Positions 1 to 26,260 of a stretch of DNA of 33,508 nucleotides are shown in pieces. The position numbers and the translations under genes were made by a program. Position 1 is the first letter of the stretch. Every line of letters starts with the position of its first letter. Below the pieces are notes generated by a model. That model was not told the DNA's origin. It did not search any database and saw only the letters and a program-made list of their open reading frames with translations. The DNA is from Sminthopsis crassicaudata (taxonomy: Eukaryota): the NCBI RefSeq assembly GCF_048593235.1, contig NC_133623.1, positions 57,316,066-57,349,573 on the forward strand, in the 5' to 3' direction.

Positions 1-227
1 GCCTCGCGGAACTTCTTCTCTCGGTAACAGCGCTGGCCCTCGGCCTTGAACGCCACGGCGGCCCGCAGGCTGCTTTCCAGGGCTCCCCCGCCTGAGCCTC
101 CCGAGGCCTCCGGGCCCGCGCCATGGCGGGGGCCCGGGCCCGGTGGGGAGCGGGAGGGCGGCGGACGAGGCGGTGGCTCAGGGGCTGCACTCAGCATCAG
201 CACCGGGGACAGCGCACCGCACTGCAT
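1..227 (-). CDS. TTC9B: Tetratricopeptide repeat protein 9B, 5' part of first coding exon (runs off the window start)
   Basis: ATG at 227..225 translates MQCGALSPVLMLSAAPEPPPRPPPSRSPPGPGPRHGAGPEASGGSGGGALESSLRAAVAFKAEGQRCYREKKFRE, matching the mammalian TTC9B N-terminus (GALSPVLMLSAAPEPPPRPPP...SSLRAAVAFKAEGQRCYREKKFRE). Absent from the ORF track because there is no stop in the window. Synteny with CCNP and AKT2 agrees. Confidence 0.95.
   Translation of the reverse strand, partial: MQCGALSPVLMLSAAPEPPPRPPPSRSPPGPGPRHGAGPEASGGSGGGALESSLRAAVAFKAEGQRCYREKKFRE
196..216 (+). promoter_or_regulatory. RE1/NRSE (REST-binding) element inside the TTC9B CDS
   Basis: ATCAGCACCGGGGACAGCGCA versus consensus TTCAGCACCnnGGACAGCGCC. 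Both half-sites are intact with the canonical 2-nt spacer. Confidence 0.8.
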
Positions 228-521
228 TGTGGGAAACTCGCGGCACTAAAGCCGCCGCATCACCAACTGGGGAGCCCATCCCCACCCTAGACGCCGCCGT
301 CACGGGCTCGGGCCACTCCTGCGGGGCTGGGGAATCTTCTCAACGCCTCCCTCCCTCTACCTCGAATGCACCACTCCCAGTTAAGACCCAAATCCCGATT
401 TTCTCGCTTCCGTCTCCCCCTCCCCCCCAAGGAGCGGCAATCCCAGCAACCCCGAGTTTTGGACCTCGGAGAGTGGAAGAGGGAAAGCAGCAGATTTTCC
501 GAGGCTCCAGGCGTCCCTTTA

Positions 522-2820
<2,299 letters not shown>

Positions 2821-2934
2821 CCCGGCCAAGCAGGAGCCGCGAGCTGGGGAGGGGCTTTGGGCTGGGCCTCTTAGTGGGGGCGGGGGACCTCTCTTCCAGC
2901 TCGCCCCCTTGAAAAATTCCCGGGAAGCGGGGCC

Positions 2935-3097
2935 ATTGGTCCCGAGGCAATCCGCCCCGCCCCGCCCCGCCCGGCTACCTACAGCTACGACTCTGATTGG
3001 TCGCGGCGGGAGGCAGGGGCGTCGCTTTATTTAGCACATACGTAATCTTCGAAGGGTGGCCGCGATTGGTTGCCGTGGGGAGCGCGGTCCTGATTGG
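2935..3097 (-). promoter_or_regulatory. CCNP proximal promoter: four CCAAT boxes, a GC-box array and a CHR-like TTCGAA
   Basis: ATTGG at 2935, 2996, 3065 and 3093; tandem CCGCCC repeats at 2952-2972; TTCGAA at 3048-3053. Confidence 0.65.
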
Positions 3098-3227
3098 TCG
3101 TGCCAGATTCAGGCCGGTGGCTGGGGGGGGGGGGGCGCCCTGGGGGTGTTCAGGTGAAATCGTTGCTGCCTCTCTTAATGGCCGGACCTCTGGGTACGAA
3201 TAGCTGACTAGAATTTGTATTTATACA

Positions 3228-3378
3228 GGGCAACTAGGAAGCGCCCTAAGTGCATAGAGCGCCGATCCCGGAGGCTGGAGAACAACTTCGCGAGTTCAGA
3301 TCCAGCCTCAGACTAGTTGCCTAATCCTGGGCAAGTCGAGTCATCATCATGCCTCGGTTTCCTTCGGAGTAAAACGCC
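3228..3378 (+). mobile_element. CORE-SINE (MIR/MAR1-like) fragment
   Basis: tRNA-derived head GGGCAACTAGG...GAGTTCAGATCCAGCCTCAGAC and core CCTGGGCAAGTC...GCCTCGGTTTCC. Confidence 0.7.
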
Positions 3379-3397
3379 AATTTAAAAGTTTATTTAT

Positions 3398-3595
3398 TTT
3401 TGCTGTTGGTTGGTCGTGTCGGACTCATCCTAACCCCACTTGAGGTTTTCTTGGCAAAGATTAACCACTCCAGAGTGGTTGGCCATTTCCTTCTCCAGCT
3501 CATTTCACAGATGGGGAAACTGAGGCAAACAGGGTCAAATGACTTGCTCAGGGTCATGTAGCTAGTATCTGAGGCAGGATTTGAATTCAGCTCTT
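3398..3595 (-). mobile_element. MAR1-type marsupial CORE-SINE
   Basis: GGTTTTCTTGGCAAAG...GCCATTTCCTTCTCCAGCTCATTT-ACAGATG-GGAAACTGAGGCAAACAGGG...GGATTTGAA is the reverse complement of the MAR1 tail plus core. Confidence 0.8.
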
Positions 3596-3829
3596 GGCGA
3601 ATGTCACCCAGCCAGGTCCCATCGTGGAGGAGTGTGTGAAGGGCGACAATAAGTCCTCCCCGTGCCATGCGACTTCTTTAAGAGAATCAGTAGATTCCCT
3701 GGGAATGGGAAGGTAAAGCTCCTGCAGTCCCTTTTCTCAAGGAGCTGCCTTTTATTGTACAGATAACGTGTACCATCCCTTCTTCCTAGTCATCTCTCAG
3801 TTCAGGCCCTCGAGCCTGCTCACGCTGAC

Positions 3830-4207
3830 TGCTTCCATGGCTCCTTGGGCCTCTCTTCCTCCTCTCCCGCTCCCATCATCTTCCACATGCCTCTACAACT
3901 AGCTTTCAAGGCCTGTTTTAACTTCAGCACCTGGCTTCCTGGCCCACCCCCAGCTCCCTCCCATGCTCTCGATTTTCTTCTCCTGGGTCCCTGCAATTTG
4001 CCTTCTCCCGGGCTCTCTGCCCCCACCCCCAGCACAGACTTCCCCTATTTCTTCAAACCTGAACCTGGATCTCCGGATCCCTCCAACTGCTGGCACCCTT
4101 CCCCCTCACTACCTTATTTTGTAGTCTACATGTGCTTAAATGTGCAGGAGTTCCCTCCATTCTTTGGTGCTTGGCACACAGTAGGGGCTTAATAAATGCT
4201 TGTTGTT
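3830..4207 (+). mobile_element. LINE-2 3' fragment
   Basis: Ends in GTGCTTGGCACACAGTAGGGGCTTAATAAATGCTTGTTG (L2 3' terminus), preceded by a pyrimidine-rich L2-like body. The 5' boundary is approximate. Confidence 0.7.
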
Positions 4208-5027
4208 TGATGGATCTCTAAGTACCAAGCAGTGGGAGAGTGTAAGTGTTAACAGCTGGAGACCAGGGAGCTCAGGAGTTGTTCTCTCTCCTCCTAAGTG
4301 ACAGCTGCCACTGTTAGAAGTCCCAACCTCACCTGGTGCCAATCTGAGGTGGCCAAAGCACTTGTGAGGCGGGTTAAGCAAATGTGAGGGAATTCCTTAG
4401 ATTGTGGAGAGGAAAGTATGTCCATAGCCCCCAGGCTCTCGGGCCTTCCCTTCCACCAAAACAAGGCCCAATGCCTGTTGGGAGTCCAGGATTATCCTAA
4501 ACTTCCTTCCCTCTCCCAAGGGGTTGGAGGCCTCCAATCTAGAAATGGCTTGAGGAGCCTGTCTGCTCCAGCCCCCTTAGCTGAGGCGTCTGTAGGTGGT
4601 CCCCTGTCCAGGGTCACAGAGCTGGCATCGGGCTCAGGCGCTCTGGGCAAGCGTGGCCCAGACCCCAGCAGGGAGCCAGGGCAGGCCGGCTCCAAAGGCA
4701 AAGGCCCAGGCCCAGATGATCACAGGAACCATGGGGGAAGGCTCAGCTACATTACTCCTATTCAGATCTCATTCCTCTTAGGAAAAGGATTAGAATGACT
4801 GTTTAGATGGAATCCCAGTGTTCACAAGCTGCTGGATCTCAGCAGTCAGCCCCGGCAACCCCCTCACTTCTAATGGAGTATCCCAGAACTGGGGGCTTGG
4901 CCGGCTGCTGAGGAACATGTCACCTTCCCATCAGTGACTTGGATAAAAGGCTGGGTGGAATGCTGTCTGCTGAGCCGTCAAGGTCAAGAGAGACTGGGAG
5001 AATCATTAGACAATCTGGTCAACTGCA

Positions 5028-5700
5028 TGTGCAGCCGCTCCTTTTATGGTGGCAAACAACTGGAAATTGAATGGGTGGATGCCCAACGGCTGAATAATAT
5101 GGATGTAACATGATTATTATTCTAAAAGAAATGGGCAGGGGGCAGCCCTGAAGTCATGAGGACCTGAGTTCAAATCTAAGTCTCAGACACTTAATACTTT
5201 CCAGCTGTGTGAGCCTGGGCAAGTCACTTAACCCCAATTGCCTCAGGAAAAAAATAAAGAAAAAAAGAGCAGGCTCATTTCAGAAAAGCTTGGAAGAGTT
5301 AACATGAACTGAGGCTGAGTGAAACGAGCAGAACCGAGAACACTGTACACAGCACGAGATTGTGTGATCAAGTCTGATGGACGTGGCTCTTTTCAACAGT
5401 GAGGTGATTTAAGGCAATTTCAAGAGACTTCTGATGGAAAGGGACAAATGCATCCAGAGAGAGAACTGTGGAGACTGAATATGGATCAAAGCACCGTATT
5501 TTTACCTTTTTTTCCCCTCTTGATCTGATTTCTTTTGTACATATTTGGAAATATGTTTAGAAGAACTACACATGTTTAACCAGATCGGATGGCTTGCTGT
5601 CTTAAGGAGCGAGGAAGGGAAGAAAAGGAAGAAAAATCTGGAACACGTTTTGCAAAAGGTAAATGAGGAAAACTCTTTGCATGTATTTGGAAAAATAAAA
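5028..5700 (+). mobile_element. Marsupial LINE-1 3' fragment (ORF2 end plus 3' UTR), interrupted by a SINE
   Basis: GGTGGCAAACAACTGGAAATTG..GGATGCCC..GGCTGAATA, then TTTCAGAAAAGCTTGGAAGAG..ACATGAACTGA.GCTGAGTGAA..GAGCAGAACC..GCATCCAGAGAGAGAACTGTGGAGACTGAAT; ends in AAAATAAAA. Confidence 0.8.
5139..5266 (+). mobile_element. WSINE1-type marsupial SINE with A-rich tail, nested in the L1
   Basis: GGACCTGAGTTCAAATC...CTCAGACACTTAATACTT.CCAGCTGTGTGA.CCTGGGCAAGTCACTTAACCCCAATTGCCTCAG followed by an A tail. Confidence 0.8.
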
Positions 5701-5954
5701 ACATTGTCAAGATCACATTTTGAAATTCAGTAGAGATGAATGTAAAGGCACACATGGGTTCAAAAAGTCAATTCCCCAAGATCAAACGGGGAGGTAATAG
5801 CAGGTTTTCTGAAAAAGATCCGGGGGTTTGAGAGGATTACGAACTCCGTGTTAAAGAACTGGTCTCCGCTGCCTTGAGCCTAACAGGTTTAATTCCCAGG
5901 CAAGAAGCCTTCAAATGTTATTAAAGTGGGGGAGGGGGGCGTATAGAGAGGCCT

Positions 5955-6110
5955 GGGCTTAGAATCAGCAAGACCCAAGCCCAAGACACTAAGTTGTGAG
6001 ACCCTAGGCAAGTCACTTGTTCAAGTTTTGTCAGCTATAAAATGGAGAGCGGAATTGTGGTGAGGGTTGAATTCAAAAAGTTTCTGGCTCTGGTAGGTGC
6101 TTTATAAATG
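5955..6110 (+). mobile_element. Degenerate MIR-like SINE
   Basis: GTGAGACCCTAGGCAAGTCACTT...CAGCTATAAAATGG...GTGAGG...GTGCTTTATAAATGC. Confidence 0.55.
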
Positions 6111-6809
6111 CTTCCCACATGCTCACTGCGCCAAGCCCCAAGGTAGGATACAAAGGTGGCTACGTGGGGTTGGTCCCTTGACCCTCAAAGAGGCAGACCG
6201 AGGGCGGACGGCAGACAAAGCTTCCCAGCTAGGCTGTCCCAAAGGGGAATGCTGCACGACCCAGGGAGGTCCCTCTCCACGGGCCTCAGAGGAAAGGCTG
6301 GATGGTACCTGCCAAGGACCCTGCAGGCGACAGGCCCTGTGGAGTCTCTGAGGCTCCTTCAAAACCCTGATCTTCCCCCATCTCTTCATGGCAAGTTGAT
6401 AGAGAGCTATCCTCCGATCTGAGGTGCCAGTTCTGCCTGGCATTCGAGGCTCAGACTGGCGTTCTTGCCTCTGTGGCACCCCCACCTGCCATGTCCTGCT
6501 CAGCAGGACCATCCTGCAGCAGCCTTCACACCCGGCTCCAGCGTCCCGTCCCACACAAGGCTCTCCCCGGATCCCGCTCAGTGGTGGCCCCCTTCTTCTT
6601 CCAGGACCCTCTGAGCTCAGGCACTCGCTGGCTGATGTGGGGAGGCTGAGGACCAGGAGGCCCCAGTACCTTCCCCAGCCCAGCCCCGGGCTGAAGCACA
6701 GGCCTTGGAGGCCAATGCCCCCAGAGGGATGGGCTCAGGCCTTCCGAACTGCTATCTTGGGGGTTCTAGATCTAGGGGGGGTCATCCCTGGGTGGAGACA
6801 GAACTGCTC

Positions 6810-9110
6810 CATCTGTCAGAAACTTTTTTTTAATTGTTTGTACCGTACAAATTCGAGGAGAAAGAAAGTAGCTAAAATGATTTACAGAAACAAACACAAA
6901 AAAATATCCCCACACAAAGCCTCTGCCCTTCCTGGCCTCCAGTCCCCTCCCCTGCATCATGAGGAAAAACAGAACACCCCCAAACTGAAAACACCCCCCA
7001 CCCCAAGGAGGCAACAGGAGGCCCCCGGGAGCCGCAGCAGCCCCAGAGAGGTGTCCCTGGGGGGAGCACGAGAGAGGCCCTTAGTCCCGGCCCACTCTGC
7101 CCACCCCAGGGGCCCAGGGAAGGTCCATCCCTAAGAGACACGTACGTATGTATATGGATGCACACCCAGCAGCCCCGAGATGCGCCAGAAGCCGCTACCC
7201 AGTCCGGCGCTCCCTGCTGCCAGCTCCAGAACGTGGCAGAAGGGCCTGGGGGAGACCGGGATGCTCCCCACCCGGAGCACAAGGAAACACCTGGGGAGGC
7301 GTAGGGCCAAGCCTCTTGGGACTCCGGGCTCTGCAAGGGCATTCCCAGCCAGGCCCATCTTAAGGCTCTTCTAGTCCCCTGTGGGCACAGGCCTCAGGAG
7401 GTGCAGAAAGGGAAATGGGGCAAATGCCCCTGTCCACATCCACTTCAGCGAGGAGAGCGATGGACCGAGATCTTTGACCTAATGCTCCCATTGCCCCCTA
7501 CCTCTAGCGGGGAACACTGGGGGTCCAGGGGCCTGAACACTGATGCTTAAGTAATCTGTAACAGTTCTGAACCCCCCACCTCAGTCCTTGGGGCTGTGGT
7601 GGGGTGTGTGTGCCCCGAGCCTGACCCAAAGCAGGGGCCCAGGTCACAAGGCCCTCCTGACCCGGCCCTTCCCACCTTGGATCTGGACTTGGGGTGCAAC
7701 CACTACCTCCTATTGTAACCCAAAGCCTTCCATGAGGGCTGAAGGGGGAACCCCCAGGAGTCCTGCCCTGGGTCACCCCAGTCAGCTGAAGCTCTGGCCC
7801 AGCCAGCAGCTCGGGGGAGACTGAGGAAGGGGGATGGGGCCCGGGACTGACAGAAATGCCCCAGACCAGTCCCAGGAGGGAGAGATGAAGATACTGAAAG
7901 AGAGGAAAGCAAGCTAAAATGGGGGGACGGGGGGACATGTGACAGGCTGTACCAGAGCCTTCACCCCCCCCAGAAGCCAAGGTCCCCCAGGCCTCCAATC
8001 CCTGATGTTCCCTGGTCTTGACCTTTCACTCTGGGGAGGCTGTGACATTGTCCAGATAAGGCACTGGGACAGAGGGTCCCCAGTTCCCAGTGGGGGGGCC
8101 CCATGCCAGAGTGGACAGGACGCTATGTCCAGTAAGGGGGCAAGGGCTGGGAAACGAGCAGTGTGCCTGCTTTCGGTACGCGTGCTAAGGCAGGTCCCGA
8201 CACCTCCCTGCTCCGTTGCCCCGGGGTCCCCCCCAAACTCACCCCATTGGCCAGCCCGAGAGGCCACAGCCGATGCCAGTGGGGGGTGAGGGGATGAGCC
8301 CCCCTCCCCCCAGACCATCTCATTTGTTGAGGAAGAGACCGGAGACCCCTTCGACCCCATCCTTATGCCAGCCCAGGGAGCGCCGCGGGCAAAAGGGGAG
8401 GCAGCATGGAGGCCCGAGTCCGAGCCGGCCTTGACTGCGGGCCCCCCCCCCGACCAGTGAGGAGCGGGGCTGGGCAGGATCAGGCACCCCGGCTCTGGAC
8501 ATCCGGCGTTAAGGCTGGTTGGGTACAAGACATTATTGCTTTAGTAGCTGCCTGCCCGTCGCTGGCAAGGGGTGGCACTGCCGGACATCCTCCAGACACA
8601 CGCGAGGTCTGAGGGCAGAGCCAGGCCGGGGGTCGAGGCCCAGGGAGGGGCCGACGGCTGCTCGGTCCAGAGGAAGAGCCCCGTGTTCTCACGAGTCCTG
8701 GACGACCGAGGCTTCCCTTGGAGGGCCGGCGAGAGCTCCTGGCTGCCCGGCCCGAGGGACAAGGCGGCCACGTCTCCCTTTGACCACTGAGGAGACAGCT
8801 CAGCCAGGCACCCGGGAGCTCCCCTCAGGCCACAAGGCCAGCAGAGCTGGGCTTCCGAGCCCTAGGTGCCTTGGGGGGCTCATGGCTGCCCTCTCCCTGC
8901 CAGAGTCCCCCCGGGCCGGGGTCGGGGGGCTAGCGAGTGACCGCCAGGCAAGGAGGACGAAGGCAGGGCCGGCTCCTTCAGAGGCAAGACTGGTGAGGAG
9001 AGAAAAGCACGTGTGGGGGAGGGGGGGCAGAGACAAAGGGAGCGGGGGAGGGGGGAGCCTGTGGCCTCGCAGCCGCCCGGCCGTCCCGCAGGGCCCCTCA
9101 GACGGGCAAG
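6810..9110 (-). other. AKT2: Predicted AKT2 3' UTR (~2.3 kb)
   Basis: Lies between the TGA at 9111 and the ATTAAA at 6829-6834; contains 8mer miRNA seed matches. Confidence 0.55.
6829..6834 (-). terminator. Putative AKT2 polyadenylation signal ATTAAA
   Basis: ATTAAA on the minus strand, with two upstream UGUA (CFIm) motifs at 6846-6849 and 6883-6886 and U-rich upstream sequence. Confidence 0.6.
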
Positions 9111-23294
<14,184 letters not shown>

Positions 23295-26014
23295 GGTGGC
23301 TCCTGGCCTTGCCACCACCTCACCAGCGACGGGTCAGAGGAGAGCACGCCTGCGAGCCGCGGATGGAGGAATCTGCTGGGGAGAGAGGGCCAACGGTTTC
23401 CATGGAAGCCTTCCGCCACCCACCTGGGTCCCCCCTTTTACTCCCCAATCCTGACACACATTGTGCTCCTACAACCCCACACCCAGGCCCCCATAAGTCA
23501 CCCCCCAGCCCGTATTACATACACCCCCCCCTCTGGATTAGATCCAAGATTCAAATCTTTCTCCCATGCCCCTGGGGGAGATGGGAGTCAGGGCTGCCCC
23601 CTCCCCTCCCCTCCCCTCCACTCTCCTCCCGCATGTAATTCTGTGCCAGAGACGGCCGCTCTCGGCCTGAAGCGCGGGGCACACACGCAGGGGTCCCAGC
23701 CCCAGAGCTGGTGTCCCGAGAGGGGGACCGCATGAAGATGAATTGGAGGGGGTTCTCTCAGGAGCCCAGGGGCAGCCCTGGGGTACCCCCGGTCAGACAA
23801 GGGGAGACATCTCCCCGCCTCTCTAAAGGAAGGCTCTCCCAAGGTGGCGGCAGAAGGCGAGACTCCCGGGTCACCCACAGGCCAACAGGCCGCGGTCAGT
23901 GGGTGAATCAGGCAGGACTCCCCTAGGAGGGCCTCTCAGAGGCTGCCCCCATCGAGGCCTCCCCCAGAGCACGGGGCCTGGGCCGTGGGGTCCCCGACAG
24001 CCCTCCCTGCCCCAGAGGACGGATCCTGGGCCTGGGCCGGGGGCTCATGGGCATCCCCTCCCCCCACCACATCGAGGGACGCCAGAGCAACTGCACAAAT
24101 CACTGGCCTTTAGCAGTTCCTGGGCGTGCGGCGGGCAGGCCTCCGGAGGGGCTGCAGCGGAGGGAGAGGGGGAGCCGACCGGGGCCAGCTGCCTTCCCCG
24201 CCCCTGCCCAAAGCTGTTCTGGGAGAGCTGCACCCTGGACCCCTGGGAGGCCCGGACCCAGGGACCCGCGCCAACGGCTCAAGATAGAGCCTCCCTCTCC
24301 CAGCCTTCCTTGAGCAGCAGCTGACAAATGCCCAGGCCCGCTGACGCCAAGGCCTTCTCCTCTCATTCCTGGAGTGGGGGAGAGGCCGCCTGCCTCCTCC
24401 AGCTCAGAACGGGGTCTGCCAGGGGGCCGGGCAGCTGTGCTCCCAACCGTGCCCTCCCCGGCCTCGACTGCCCCCCAGCGCTTCCCCACACGTGCTCTCG
24501 GGCACGCGCACCCCCCTCCAGGGCTTGGGAGCAGGAAGCAATGGAGTTATCGCAAGCCGTTAGTTATCCAGGCCAAGGAAAGGGCATTTTCCCAGTTCGC
24601 CTGAGGACAGCCCGTGGGGCCCGCCAGCCAGGAGCCAAGGGAGGGCTGATGGGGGGGGGGGGGGCAGCGAGCAGCCCCAGAAGCTGGAAACCCTCCGGGC
24701 ATCATGTTTCTCCCGCACACTTTGGGGCTCCGGGGCGAGGGGGGGGCTGCACGGCCCATTCTCCAGCCCTGGGACCTCCAGAGAGGGCAGGAGCCCCGCT
24801 GGCCAGGCTGGCCCACGGCCCACCCAGGTGACATCCAGAGCCTCTGTCAGGGCCCCTCAAGGTGGGGGTGGGGGCAGGGAGGGGCATGCAGAGGTCGTCT
24901 CCCAGCTCCCGAGGGACCCAGACCACCCTCCACCCCCCAGCTGACAGGCACGGTCCTGTAGCTCTCCCGAGAAAAACCCCCTGGCTTGTTTGCTCTCCAG
25001 ACCCTGAGAGTTTCTGCCACCCTGGCCTGGCAAAGCACTCTGGGAAGGTGAATCTGCTCTTTCCAGTTTGGAGATGAGACACGGCTCCTCCTGGCCCCGG
25101 GCCCAGCTGAGAAATGCTGAAACCTGACCTCCCCTGCCCGCAGGCATCCCCAGCCTCCGCCAGGCCCAGCTTCGGAGGAGCGGCCTTCTCAGCCTGGATG
25201 GGCCCCGGGCACAAGGAGAGCCCTCCCGGCTCGGGGCTCGCTCGCCTTCCCAGGCCTGGAGGACAGCGAGACGTGGCAAAGTGACGACGACAGCTCAGGT
25301 CGTGGATGGGAAGAAGCTCCTCCAAGGAGCTGACAGCTGGCGGGAAGCGAGGGCAGAGGCCAGGTTGGGGGCCACAGGGGGCAGGTGGCATCTGAGCGGG
25401 AGGAGCCCCCCCCCCGCCCCAACAGCAAGGAAACATCTCTGCTCGAGGTGGGAGGGCCGGCGCTCGGGCAGCAGCCCGGGAGGAGAGCGACCTGACTCTC
25501 CTTGCCCTGAGAGCGTAGGGGCTGACTCCCCTGGGTGCCAGCGATCCTCCCACCTCCCAAGGGCACAATCAGAAGTCTGGGCTGCCGCGCTGCCGGCAGA
25601 GCCAGGCCTGGGACCCGTGAGGGCCGATGCCAGCTGGGTGCGCACCTGCCAGTGTCTCGTCTCCTCTGGGAGGCCCGGCTCTGAGGGTTCCCTCCCGCTG
25701 CCAGCCAGCAGCCTTGGGGTTACCTCCTCCACGCCCCTCGAGGCCTGGCTCTCCCTGCTGAGCTCGCGGAGGCAGAGAGCACCAGTCATGCCCACTGGGG
25801 CCGGGACCCCAGTCTCACGCCACTCCGGGAAACCCCCCACAGGGGACAGCGGCAGCACCGGGTCTGGAATGGCCTCCATCAGCACCTCGGTCCCACAAGC
25901 AGCGACTGGCTGCTTTCTGAAGGCCTCCTCTAGGCTAAGCCAGGACACCCTCTGGGCCTAACTGGACCAAGCCCTGATTTTTCCATCTAAACCAACCAAG
26001 GATTTATTGCCGGG

Positions 26015-26110
26015 GAGTTGCCTTGGCAAAGACACGGGGGGAGAGGGGGATTTCTGGCCATTTCCTTGTCCAGCCCCAGATGAGGAAACTGAGGCAAACG
26101 GGGAAGGGGC
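26015..26110 (-). mobile_element. MAR1-like SINE fragment in presumed AKT2 intron 1
   Basis: CTTGGCAAAGA...GGCCATTTCCTTGTCCAGC..CAGATGAGGAAACTGAGGCAAAC. Confidence 0.7.
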
Positions 26111-26187
26111 TCTCCCAGCTGGAAGTGTCCAAGGAGACCCCCCAATTCAGGCCTGGACCCTGCCCACGGTGCCAGCTGGCTGCTCCA

Positions 26188-26260
26188 GCCTTTATTAAGC
26201 ACTCACTGTGCGCCACACGTGGTTTCAAGCTCCAAGAATACAAAAAAAGGAAAAAGATCC
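26188..26260 (-). mobile_element. LINE-2 3' end fragment
   Basis: CTTTATTAAGCACTCACTGTGCGCC...GAATACAAAAAAAGG. Confidence 0.55.

Noticed and set aside
4838-4912. Imperfect inverted repeat CTCAGCAGTCAGCC / GGCCGGCTGCTGAG as a pre-miRNA
   Set aside because: Only a ~13-bp stem with mismatches and a large loop; expected by chance.
6878-6886. Pumilio element in the AKT2 3' UTR
   Set aside because: Reads TGTAAATC, not TGTANATA; better explained as a CFIm UGUA motif.
24702-25961. Overlapping 217-288 aa ORFs in presumed intron 1
   Set aside because: No domain, codon bias or paired splice signals recognised; typical high-GC artefacts.
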